DNA of 64,000 nt, taken from Camelus dromedarius (lineage: Eukaryota). A program made the position numbers and the translations under genes. This document shows positions 14,320 through 26,625 of this stretch, in pieces. The notes below the pieces were generated by a model. That model was not told where the DNA came from. It worked only from the letters and a program-made list of their open reading frames with translations, and ran no database searches. The DNA lies in NCBI RefSeq assembly GCF_036321535.1, contig NC_087437.1:93312001-93376000 (forward strand). Direction: 5' to 3'. Every line of letters starts with the position of its first letter. Positions within the stretch are counted from its first letter, which is position 1.

Positions 14320-15440
14320 TCTATGACCTTGGTCAGGTTGTGTAAACTTTTTTCAGTTTTATTGTCTATAAAAAATGGGAATAATACAGTTGATCCTTGA
14401 ACAACACGAGTTTGAACTGGGTGCGTCCACCTATATGCAGATTGTTTTCTAAAAACTATATTGGAAAAGGTTTTGGAGATTTACAATCATTAAAAAAAAA
14501 AACCTCAGATAAGCTACATAGCTTAGAAATACCACAAAAAACTAAGAAAAAATTAGTGCATAAACTATATGTAGATGATAGACTATTCTTACATATGGTG
14601 AGCAATATTTAATATAAAATTAATGTGTTAGATTTTTTTTTTTTACTGTTTTATAACTTTACTTTTAAAGAATTACATTACCATACAGTGTCTTCCTCTC
14701 TCTCATAACTGGAAAAACTATGTATCAGCCTGTCATCACAGATAAGTGTATTTTATAGAAAGTAACACTGTTTCCAATGCTGTATTATGAATATGACTGC
14801 ACCATTGTATGCCATAAAATTTTTATAACAATTCACTCACTAGTGTACAGTCTGGGCTACAGTGAAGTGATCATATCAATTACACTAGGCAGTCATTTTT
14901 GCTGCTTCTTCATATTCAATGCATGAGTTGTTATACCTGTAAATAAATATGTATTTCTTTTTCACATTTTTTTTTCTGATGCCTAGTGTTAGTAATACAT
15001 ATAACATCTACAATATTTTGTATCACATATGACAATATTGGTGTAAGTACTGACAGAAAATTCATTTTGTAAACAGATGATACAAGCTTATGGTATCAAT
15101 AAATACAGCACAATACTGTGAATGTATTTTCTCTTCCTTATTATTTTAGTAATATTTTATTTTCTCTAGCTTTCTTTATTGTAAGAATATAGTATATAAA
15201 ATTTATAATGTATAAAATATGTGTTAATTGACTGTCTATGTGATTGGTAAGGCTTCCAGTCAACAGCAGGCTATAAGTAGTTATGTTTTTGGGGGAGTGA
15301 AAAGTTATACATATTTTCAGCTGTGTGGAGCATTGGTGTCCCTAACACCAGCATTGTCTTTATAGGGTTTTATGGGAATTAAATGTGTTAAGCATTAAGT
15401 TTTTAGAATGGGGCCTGGCATTTATTAATATTAAATAAAA
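14320..15440 (+). mobile_element. MIR SINE split by a Tigger insertion (14320-14386 and ~15358-15440)
   Basis: TGACCTTGG...TATAAAAAATGGGAATAATA to the left and TATAGGGTT...AATTAAATG...GCCTGGCA to the right of the Tigger. Confidence 0.65.
14387..15357. mobile_element. Tigger2-type (TcMar-Tigger) non-autonomous DNA transposon
   Basis: Begins at a TA site with CAGTTGATCCTTGAACAACACGAGTTTGAACTG (Tigger2-type TIR). Ends ...AAAAGTTATAC...CCCTAACACCAGCATTGT with the outer right TIR missing. Confidence 0.85.
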
Positions 15441-16949
15441 TTTTTAGATACTCCTGCTAGTTTAATTATTATCATTCTACTCTTGAAGAAAAGGAATATA
15501 GTTGGACAGGTTTGTGAGTCAAGGTAAATTAATACTATTGTCCTTAAAGTGATTAGTGAATTGTAAATCTCTCTCTAGGGCAGGAATCTGGGACCTAAAT
15601 CTCCTTCAGGCTTACATTTGCTGCACTTGTAAATGGAAGCTTCTTAAATCAGGAATGGAACCATAGATTCCTTTCATCAGGGAGAGAGTGAAGAATGCAC
15701 CATTTTTCCTGGGGACCAGCTGACTTTTCCTTCCTTGCTGTACCTCACACGAGTGTGGTTCCCTTCTTAGGAAATTCCACTTCCACAACAGAGGAAAAGA
15801 TTCAAGTGGTTATGGTAAAATTGCACAATTTTCTCCATTCAAACAAGCAAATGGAAGAATGTCCTTTAAAAAAAGTCCTGTACCAAGGCCAATTTCTGTA
15901 GTACACTTCAAAATAGTCTCTATTCATCAACCACTCTGTCACTTCCAATAGATTTTTTTCCCCAAAGCTAAATAAAATGGCTTATTTACTCCAGGCTTGT
16001 CCTGTGAAATCTAAGCTGGTTGACCAACCTGTCTGTCTCACAACCTTAGCAGGTGGGAAAAACTTTTGGGGCAATAGGTACTGTATTTCTCAAGCAGCTG
16101 CAAAATAGGGTACACCTGAAAACAAGCATTCTCTTTGCTTCTCTTTGCTTTTCCTGGAACAACAATGACAGTATGGTGTCTAACTTTGGTAAAACTTTGT
16201 AGTATATTTCCCACTTCTGAAATGGATAAATAAGATAAATACATCATTTCTAATGAACACATCCCATTTACTATGGAGCTGTATTTTCTGGGAGATCCAA
16301 AGTGTTAGCATGTTCTCTAGTAGACAATGTGAACCTGTTGGGAAACTGCAGCCTGGCATTGTCAAGACAATCACTTGCATAGCTGCTTCTGTTATAAAAG
16401 TTTTACATTAAAAAAGTAAACAGACAAGATATGTTGGAAGATGTATTTTAAGTGAATATTTATATTGTCGTCTTGATATAAATTAAAATTTTATAACTTT
16501 AAAAAATATTCAAAACATTGAGTTCCATAGTCAGTTGATTTCCTCAAGGTGAGTCTGATTACATTTGTCTAGTTTTTTTATTTGATGCTGCCAATATCTA
16601 CCTATTTTTAGAAGTGGTAGTAGCCCTGTGGCTTTTGTAAAATGTTTTGTGTATTTCATAAATCCCTTCACAGGTAATTCCAAACCATCTCCCCAGGATA
16701 ATTTTTATATTATGTGATCACTCTAAGTACTTAAAAAAAATATATTTACACTATGATTATCCAACTAACAGACCCAACAGTTATCTATTTTGATTTCATT
16801 TAGTTTAATCAAATACTTCATATTTCAATATTGAAGTCACTTTATAGATCCTATAGGTTGGACATCAGTCATTTTTAAATCTTTAAAAAATTTCTAATCA
16901 AGAATTTCTAATTTTCCAACTCATCCAAAAAGAAGTCAGGGACCCAAGA

Positions 16950-17690
16950 ATGATTTTAAAGAGAGTCAATACGAGGTGGCCTTTCTAGTAGTCAGTAGAA
17001 TTATCTGTGTAGCTGATGAAAGGGAAAGGCCAGAAAAAGCAGAATCAGACTCAAAAATATGTAATAATTACATAATTGATAAGAAGTGGCATCTCCAATT
17101 AAGTAGGCAAAGGATAATTAACTCACCGAATAATATTAGGTCAAAAGATTCATGATTTGGGATGAATAGTAAATTTCTACCTCATCCCATGCAAAATAAT
17201 TTTCACATGAATTAGTATTTTAAATATAAAAATAAAACCATAAAACCTTAGAAAAAGTATTAATATTTGTATAATCAGCTTGTAGCAGTACCTTCTAAGC
17301 ATGAAAAGCAAAGCTCTGTAAACCATAAAAAAAGGGACTGAGGTATTTAACTATAGAACATAAAAATTTGTACATTGCAAAACCATGCAAACCAAATTTT
17401 ATTACAATGATGAAATGAGAAAGATAAATACACATAGAAAAGTAGTGACATGATTGAATATGAGGAGATATTACAAGTCATTTAAAATAACAAATACCCT
17501 TGATTATAAATCAATAAAAAATGTTAAAAAAAATAGCAAATACCTTAAAAATGGGCAAAATTTTAGCAATCTGTTCACCAAAATATGAAAGACCAATGAA
17601 CATGAAAATTGTTGTTAATTACTCATTGAAGAAATAAAATATTATTGAAATACCATGTTATCTTAATGTGGCAACTTTTTAATTTTTTAA
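16950..17690 (+). mobile_element. Ancient L1 (L1ME-like) ORF2-end relic, continuing at ~20340-20800
   Basis: A-rich degenerate L1 motifs (AAAATAAAACCATAAAAC, AAATGGGCAAAA; downstream GTGTAAATTGGTATAACTTTCTAGAGGGCAATTTAGCA). Confidence 0.55.
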
Positions 17691-17703
17691 AATTACACTG
17701 TTG

Positions 17704-20323
17704 GGGAGTTTTTTTTTTTAAATTATTGACTCAATTTTATTACTAGTAATTAGACTGTTCATATTTTGTATTTCCTGATTCAGTTTTGGTAGATTATACA
17801 TTTTTAGGGATTTATCCATTTCTTCTGGGTTGTTCATTTTATTGGCATATAGTTGCTCATAGTAATCTTTTATGGTTCTTTGTATTTCTATGGTGTCGGT
17901 TGTAACTTTTTCTTTTTCACTTTTGATTTTGTATATTTGAGTCTTCTATCTTTTCTTGAGGAACCTTGCTAAAAGGCTCTGCTTAGTAGGAAGCTGCCAA
18001 ATGCTGGTGGTTGGGGCCAGGTCTTAATATAGCTGGTTGTTGGCCTGAGTCTAGTGCTGGTGAGCAGTATCAGTTCCTGGGACAGCTTGTTGCAGATCCC
18101 AGCTCTCCTGGGCTGGTTTTGTCACACTGGTGTGTGGGGCTCGGTGGGTCTAGGGGTTGATGCCATCTCACTGGTGGGCAGGGCCAGGACCTGAAGCAGC
18201 TCACTGAATTAATAAAAAAATTCCCAACAATCAGAAGTGCTGAGCCAGACACAGGTGAATTCTACTGAATATTTAATGAGGTGTTAACACCTACCCTTTT
18301 CAAACTATTCCAAAAAATTAAAGAGAAAGGAGCACTTCCAAATTCATTCTACTAGGCCAGGATCACCCTGATACCAAAACCATACAATGACAACACAAAA
18401 AGGGTAAATTACAGGTCAGTGTCACTGATGGCCATAGATAAAAACCCTCAAAAAAATTATCAAACCAAATTGAAAAATATATTAAAAGAATTATACACCA
18501 TGATCAAGTGAAATTTATCCCAGGGAGGCAAAAATGGACCAATGTCTGCAAATCTCTCACATGATATACCACATCAACAAACTGAAGAGTAAAAATTACT
18601 TGATCATCTCAACACATGCAGGAAAAGCTTCTGACAAAATTCACCATCAATTTATGATAAAAACTCTCAGCAAAATGGGTACAGAGAGAATATACCTGAA
18701 CATTATAAAGGACATCTATGACTATCATATTCAAAATTAAAATGGGGAAAGCATTTCTTCTAAGATTAGAAGTGAGACAAGGATGCCCACCCTTGCCCCT
18801 TTAATCACTTTACTCAACATAATATTAGAAGTTCTAGCCAGAGCAATCAGATAAGGAAAAGTAATAAAAAGGAATCCAAATTTGAAAGGAAGACATAAAG
18901 CTGCCACTGTTTGTAGATGACATGATACTATGTATACAAAATCCTAAAGACACTAAAAATCTATAGAACAAATAAATGAAGTCCATATGGTTGTAGGATA
19001 AAAAGTTAACATAACAAAATCTGTTGCATTTCTATATACTAAAAACAAACTATCAAATTGAGAAATTAAGAAATAAACCCATTTATAATTTCATCAAAAA
19101 GAATAAACAGGCATGTGAAAAGATGCTCTTCATCACTAAACATCAGGGAAATGCAAGTAAAAACCACAATGAAATACCACTTCACACTTACCAAAATGGT
19201 TATTATCAAAAAGACAACAAATAACAAGTGCTGGTGAAGATGTGGAGAAAAGGGAAATCTTGTGCACTTTGGCAGGAATGTAAATAGGTGCAACCACTAT
19301 GGAAAACAGTGTGGGGATTCCTCAAAAAATTTAAAAACAGAACTATCATATGATGCAGAAACTCTGTTCTAAATATTCTTTTTCCAAAGAAATTTTTCCA
19401 AAGAAAACAAAAATAGTAATTTCAAGTGAGATATCCACCACTATACTTATCGCAGCACTATGCACAATAGCCAAGGTATGGACATAACTGTCTATCAGTA
19501 GAAGAAAATGTGATATATACATATATATGTATATTTATATATAACAGAATGTTACTCATAAAATAGAATGAAATCTTGCCATTTAGAGGCAATGTAAATA
19601 GACCTAGATCATATTATGCTAAATGAAAAATGTCAGACAGAAAAAGACAAATACTGTACGATATCACTTATATGTGGAATCTAAAAAACAACAAATGAAC
19701 AAACAACAGAATGGAAAGAGTTTTAGATATAGAGAGCAGCCAGGTGGTTGCCAGAAAGGAGGCTGAAATATAATGTACGAATGTAATTAATAATAATGTA
19801 GTATCTTTGTAGGTGACAGATGTTAACTGTGTTTACCAGAGTGATCATTTTGTAATGGACAGAAATATCAAATCACTATGTTGTACACCAGGAAGTGACA
19901 TAGTGTTGTAAGTCAATTACACGTCTAACAAATAAACAAACAAATAGAAAAAGAGTTCGTGTTTGTGGTTACCAGAGATGGACTGTCGGGCAAGAGGGAA
20001 GTGGAGGAAAGTGGGCCGAGGGCACCCACTTCCAGTTACAGACTGTGTAGGTGCCAAGGGTGTGATGTCAGCATAATTAATATAATGACTATTGCTAAGT
20101 TATATACATGAAAGTTGTTAAGAGAGTAAATCCTGAGTTCTCATCACAAGGAAAAAAATGTTTTTTTCTTTTTTTCTCATTTTGTATCTGTATGAGACGA
20201 TGGATATTCACTAACCTTATTGTGTTAATAATTTCATGATGTGGGTAAGTCAGATTATTATGCTGTACACCTTAACTTATACAGTGCTATATGTCAATTA
20301 TATCTCAATAAAACTGGAAGAAA
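17704..20323 (+). mobile_element. LINE-1 with 5' inversion (twin priming): inverted part 17704-~18205, sense part ~18206-20323, two internal deletions
   Basis: TSD AAAAT(T/G)ACACTGTTG at 17689-17703 and 20324-20338. Sense ORF2 fragments (HHQFMIKTLSK). The inverted segment begins at the L1 position adjacent to where the sense part starts. CAATAAAACTGGAAGAAAAAAA 3' end. Confidence 0.9.
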
Positions 20324-20839
20324 AAAATGACACTGTTGCTTAGTGTGTAAATTGGTATTACTGCCTACTGCTAGTGAGTGTAAATTGGTATAACTTTCTA
20401 GAGGGCAATTTAGCAGTTGTAAAAAATTATTCAAAACATTAGGAAAGTAATCAGTATTATTCTAAGCCTGATAAAGATGTTCATAGAAATGTTTTAATGA
20501 CAGCAAAGATATAAAATTGGAAACTATTAAAATATGTGATTTATTGGGTAAAGTATTGTACATAGAAGGTACCTATCTGCATGTAATGAATTATGTCTTA
20601 GCAGTGTCATTTGAGTGGAAAACTTGGTAATTGAAAAATATTGGTTACAAACAACATATACATTATTTGTTACAACATGGAATATATATCCTCCAAAATA
20701 TTTATAGTAGTTTTCTTTGTAATGAGATTATGAGTGATTTGAATTTTCTTTATTGGGTTTATTGATTCTAGACTTTTAAAAGCAATGTATCCTTATTTAA
20801 GAATAAAACAAAAAAAACCCTACTATGATATGCTTTAGG

Positions 20840-21075
20840 CTGGTGGTTTATATTGTGGCTAAACCTTCTATAATCGTATTATCTGGATTCCAATCCTTTC
20901 TCCACTTACTGTGTGTCAGTCACATCAGGCAAACTGCTTAATGTCTCATTTTGAGTTTTCTCTTTGTAAAATGGAGAAAATAAATTTACCTACTTCATAA
21001 AGTTAGTTTGAAAATTAATTGAGATAGGGCCGAGCTATAGTATTCAGCTGGGCACTTATTGATTGTACTTTAAAT
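20840..21075 (+). mobile_element. MIR SINE
   Basis: CTGGATTCCAATCC...CCACTTACT...TGTAAAATGGAGAAAATAA...CCTACTTCATA. Confidence 0.7.
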
Positions 21076-24075
21076 ATGAGCCTTTGTTATGTAAGTTAAA
21101 GGCTGCATAATAGTTCAGAGTTGTCCAGAATAGATGATGAAACCGACCCTCTAGTCTGCTCATGTTTTCATATCCATTGTAAGAGCATTTTTCAGGGGGT
21201 CAGGTACTGCTGCACATCTGTGCACTCACAAAGGCAGCAGAGACAGGGGTGCACAGTGGCTAAAACAAGCCTTCATTGTATTTTCCCAGCCGTGTGCTAT
21301 CCCAGTGAAAGGGCTCCCAACAGCTAGCACAAGCACTGCAGCTTTTGTTCTTGCGTAAAATCCATTAGTAACAACTAATAATCTTCATGTACTAAGTTGT
21401 ATATGTTATGAGGTTAATTTTGTCTTCCTTCCCACAAAGAAAAAGAAGTGCTTTCTTTTTTTCTATCTGCACGTGTATCAAAACGGTGAAAACTTCACCA
21501 GCTAGTGAAATTCAATCATGTCACCTACTTTAGTAATGTTACTTTAACCTTAAAAAAAGTTTTAACTTTGCCGTTATTTTTCAATGGCCCAAATAGCCTT
21601 CAAAATGTTTCAGAGAAAATGCTGAATTTTACACAGTACCTGTTTCAAATAACAGCATAATATATCAATCCGTACAGTGTTCTCTCTCATATTCTGTGCT
21701 ATTGAAATCTACCTGCTGTTTAAATTCCATAGCCTGGCACTCTGATATTAACCTTGAGCCCTAAACACCACAGGATTTACCAAACACACAGACAATGTCC
21801 TATTAACTTACTCTTTGCCTTCCTTCCTCTGTATCTCTCACATATGAGCTTGTAATTTTCCATAGTGGGGCACTTGTGTGTAATAGCTTGTGCCATCTAA
21901 TTGAATGAGGGGCTTAAAGAGCATTAAGCACTTAGAGGGAAATGGTGCCAGAATATAATGCCCTTTCCTGGCTGTCAGCTAGCCTCTGGGTCCTAATCAA
22001 TAGGCTGATCAACAGCTGTGCAAGAGACCAGGGTGACGGAAAAACTGTGTACTCTAACGAGGAGGGAAACAGACAGAAAATCAGATCCAGTTCAAAGGGA
22101 AACGCAAATAAAAAAATAAAGAACTGAGATAAAAATAATTAATGTTCTACGAACATTTTTGAAATGCGTACTGTGTCTATAGTTCTGGGCTATGTATCAA
22201 GGAAGATGCAAAAAAACCCAACATTCTTTTAATATTGGCAGATCCTGGGAACAGACTATGTTAGAATAGGACTGCCTGTGTCCCAGAGTCTGATGTTACT
22301 GTTTGTATCACCCTAATAGTACAAAAACCCTGTGTCCTTTAGTGCCACCAAATACATGTTTCTGTTTTCTTATGACAAAAGAGTGGTATTAAGCCAGAAA
22401 GTTTATTAATTAAAATAAAAATAGAAGAGAAAATCTGCTATGTAGGACAGGCATTGGAGGAAGATAGATGTAAGGAATGAGTTGTTTTTCTCCTAATTCC
22501 ATGTTATCTCCTAAAAAAATAATCTATACCAATTTCTAGGGTGCAAGGTAATTAATGATATTGTGACCAGTTTGTTTATAATCCCATCACACATAAAATC
22601 TTTAAACTTGGTTAGTGACCAATGCCTATAAGGTGATTGTTCTACCAGTCATGAAAGGGAGAAAGGAAAGAATGGTGAAAAATATAAAATGCCAACGAAG
22701 GAGCAGAGGACATCTCACTTCTTTATATAAGTGGTGAGGAAAATAAAAATACTTTTCTTCTCTTTACATATTTTTTTTTCTAACAGTTAAGCCTACAGCG
22801 TGTGTCAGTGGCAGATCAAATATTAAAAGCAAATTTTAATAAGTGAGACTCAAAAAGGGATTTAGAAAGCCCAGGGGATTTGGAGAGGACTGTTCAGTTC
22901 AGGGAATTCCACGGCTCCGGGGCATAACAGGTGAATGCTCTGTTGCCCATGGATGAGAGACCTGACAAGGGGGTTGATGAATTTGAGATTTATTATTAGA
23001 AAGTAAGGACTGAGGGCACGTATAAATGGAGGGCAGTTCTGATAGGAGAGAAAGGGAAGTTCCATAGAGGTAATGAAAAACTCTGAGCCAGATTTTAAAG
23101 TCAATGTACTGACTGATAGCAAGTGAGTGTAAATCTGCCATAACTGGAGTAATGTGATCGAATTTATTGCCAGGAGTAAAGCGTGGATTGCTGCATGCGG
23201 GTGGGACAATGATGTGCTTTGTGAGTGTTAGACTTTAGAGCGTTTTCCTATTAACATAATCTAGAAGTCATAACAGTACCCATTATAACAGTGAAGGCAG
23301 CATGAATGCTTTAAAAAAATGTTAGTGTAATAACTGCTTTAAATTTTTGAAATAGCTCAATGAAAGAGTTTTCCTTTGATAAAAGCTTATATGGTTAACT
23401 GTAAATGATTTAGGGAAACAAACAATAATGCGGAAAGTTTTATAAAACAATAACAGGATCTTCCTAAGTGTCACTTAAGTGAAAATGGTGAATGTGGCAA
23501 GTAACTGGAGATACACATTAGCTGGTCACAGGAGAAGGTAAAGAGGAATATATGATATCAGTGCTCTGTTATACAAGATAAATAATTGTTTCTTATGATA
23601 AAATGATTTTTCATTTCTGAACAAGGGCTATTCTTATAAACAGAAAACTGTGAAACTTTCCTCAGAGATACTACGGCTAATACAATTTGTTCCATATCAT
23701 TTGCTCTTCTGCCTCCATACTTTTCTGAGACTGAAGTATTTACTGACAGTGGATTTTAATGGGGGGACCACTTTATAGCATCAGCATTCCAACTCAAAAT
23801 TTAAAGGCTTGGTGGAACCAACTTCAACCTGTTTTTCATTTTCCTTTGTTTCTTTTTTAAATCCTTTTTAATATTTTTAGACTTACCTATTTGATCAAGA
23901 AGTTTAGAAATCTTTGAGGGCAGGAACATGTCTGTCTTTTGTTGTCGTCAGTGTCTACTACAATGTATTACACAAAGAAATTTTGTATTTTTAAAATATT
24001 TTTATTGAAGAAGTTAATTCTAGCATCTAGGCTGATGATTTAGGAATGCCTTTTAAAAATTTTGAAATTATTTCC

Positions 24076-24415
24076 TGTCTTAGTTCATTTGTACTGCTGT
24101 GACAGTGTATCATAAACCAAATGGCTTATAAACAACAGAAATACATTTCTTACAGCATTGGGCACTGGGAAGTTTAAGATCAGGTTGCTGGCAGATTTGG
24201 TGTCTGGAAAGAGCTCACGTCCTGTTTCATAGGCAGCAGTCTCCTCCCTGTGTCCTCACATGGGGTGAGGGAGTTCTCTGAGGTTTCTTTGTCAGGGCAC
24301 CAATCCACCCACATGGCCTAATGACTTCCCCAAGGCCTTATCTCCTAATACCATTACATTGGGGGTTAGGATTTCAACATTTGAATTTTGGGTAGAAATA
24401 ACCATTTGGTCTGAG
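24076..24415 (-). mobile_element. MLT1A-like MaLR solo LTR
   Basis: TGTCTTAGTTCATTT...GGCTTATAAACAACAGAAATACATTTCTTACAG...TTAGGATTTCAACATTTGAATTTTGGG. Confidence 0.85.
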
Positions 24416-26164
24416 CTATTGACATATAGAGTTAGAATTTCTAAAATGACTGAGTGAGAGCAGAGCTACATTGCATCACCAAGCTCCACAGAGCACTGTT
24501 CCTGTGGTAGTTTATATAAATAGATCTAGAATTCAATGGCAGTGGGAGGGAAGGTCATTTACATAGATTAATATATTGTCCCCTGATGGCCATCTTGAAA
24601 GATTAAAAATATTTAAATAGGCATGCAAATTAAGAAAATACTACAAAAATGACTCCATTTTAATTTTTCTTTTCTGCAAGTTATCAATTAAAATAATTTT
24701 AATCAATACAAAAAAGCTAAAGTTATGTACTGACACAAATCAAAAAATGAAATGTCTATCACAAAAGTAAACAAGCATTTAGTTGATCTTTTTCTTTCTT
24801 TCCATAATTTTAGTCCAATAATTTTGGTAAAAATTGTTGTCATATAAGAATCATAAAAAGACGCAGGAGACATGGTATTATGAAAACAAGATTACAGGGT
24901 TATACAAACAGATAAAAAGAAAGGAGATAGGATAATGTACCATTCTACTCTATGTCTTTATTTCTTCTCTTTCTCTTTGTCAATCTCTTGTGTTTAGTAC
25001 CAAAATGTGGGTATCTTCTAGTATTTGAAAAAAGATAATAGAAGAGAAATGCCAATGAAAAAGAACAAAAATAAGGTCTCAAACTTTTTTTAAATTGACT
25101 TCTTTTCAGTTATCAGTTTTCAAGAAGGTTAATGAAGAATTATTTTGGTAAATAAATTTCTTTTCTTTCTCTCTTTCTTTCTGTCTGTCTGTCTCTCTTT
25201 GTCATTGACAATTGTTTTTAAAAAGGTAAATCACTCACACAGATATAAAATAAACATGTTAAAAAATTTGTTTAACTACTTACTAATGAATGAGTCAGGC
25301 AGAAGTTAGAGTTGGTTCAAAGAAAAACTCAAAGAACACACGCATTCATAAATCAGGAATATTGAAATGAATGAGCAAATGACACAAAACTGGCTTTTTC
25401 CACTATGAGGGAGGGAAATCAGTTGAACCTTTGCCTAACAGAATTTGTTTGCCTGTCTGTAGAGAAGACTTATTTTGTATTACTATCAGTTATTTACAAC
25501 TGACAGAGTTGCAAAATAGGCAATGAAAGGCACACAGCTCCTGTATAGTCAGAATCGGCAACCCAGGAGACTGTTCTCTAAACAATGGAGTTTTAAAAAT
25601 TGAAGTACATTATTTTCCCTATCTGTCTGTCTGTCTATCTACCTATCTATCTATCATCATATATCTGTTCCTATGTCTCACTCTGTTTTTCAGGAAATCC
25701 CCATAGCAAATAGAGAAATTTGGCCAGTAGTACTCCCCTCTTTCCAATCTATGCTGAAAAATGACTAATCAAAATGTGCGGCTGAGGTAATCTTTTCTCT
25801 CATTTCTCACTCAGAAATCATCTAATATCCTAGAAGTTGAACTATAGGTCAATACCATAAGTACTGATAAAAGATGAAAAAAATCCCTAAACAATAAAAT
25901 ATTTTGGCCCTTGGCCATATAATCTAAATATTCCTTATACCTGCATTTGGCTACTGCTTAGTAGTTCCTTAGTCTCTAATGTTAGTTAAGTAATAAAAAT
26001 TCTTTAAATTCCTACTTATACTCAAGCAATAACTTGTAAAGCCTATTTTTTTTTTTGCATGAGGGTAATTTTTAGTGTTTTATCACAAGGATACTATTTC
26101 TTAAAAAGAAATGCAAAATAAAAAATTAGTCCTGCCACTAATTTTTGAATAAATATAAAATTCT

Positions 26165-26625
26165 GCCAACAAAAAGACTCCCCCCTCACATACCAATATG
26201 CAAGAGGGAGAAAACAATTTATTATCAAGTGATGCAATCAGAATACATGTATGCAGGAAATATTCTCAAGAAACTACAAAATCTGGACAGAATTTCATGC
26301 AAATCTATTCAGTAAAGTAGATTTTTTTTTTAAAAAAAGGAAATTTCCCTTTTCCTTGGGAGACAAATGGATGCAATTTGTGATAGTTTCCTGTATTGTG
26401 ATGAGAGATTCCTGAGTTAATTTTAGGGAGGCATGTGTTCATTGTTCCAAGGATTAGAAGGCTCACGACCTTATGTTATAAAATCAAAAGGTCATGCTTC
26501 TCATCAGTCCTATTATTATTTTCCAGGAAATACCCAAAGAGGAAGGGAAGAGGGAGCAGCCACCTTCTCCCTTTTTATTAAAAAAAATAAAATTTCATCA
26601 TATTACTCTTATATAAGGTATTAAC
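26165..26625 (-). mobile_element. Probable old ERV solo LTR
   Basis: LTR-like composition with a reverse-strand AATAAA (TTTATT near 26218), ending ...TTAACA. Family not resolved. Confidence 0.4.

Noticed and set aside
22745..22860. Strong pyrimidine tract ending TAACAG
   Set aside because: No convincing donor or recognisable reading frame follows.
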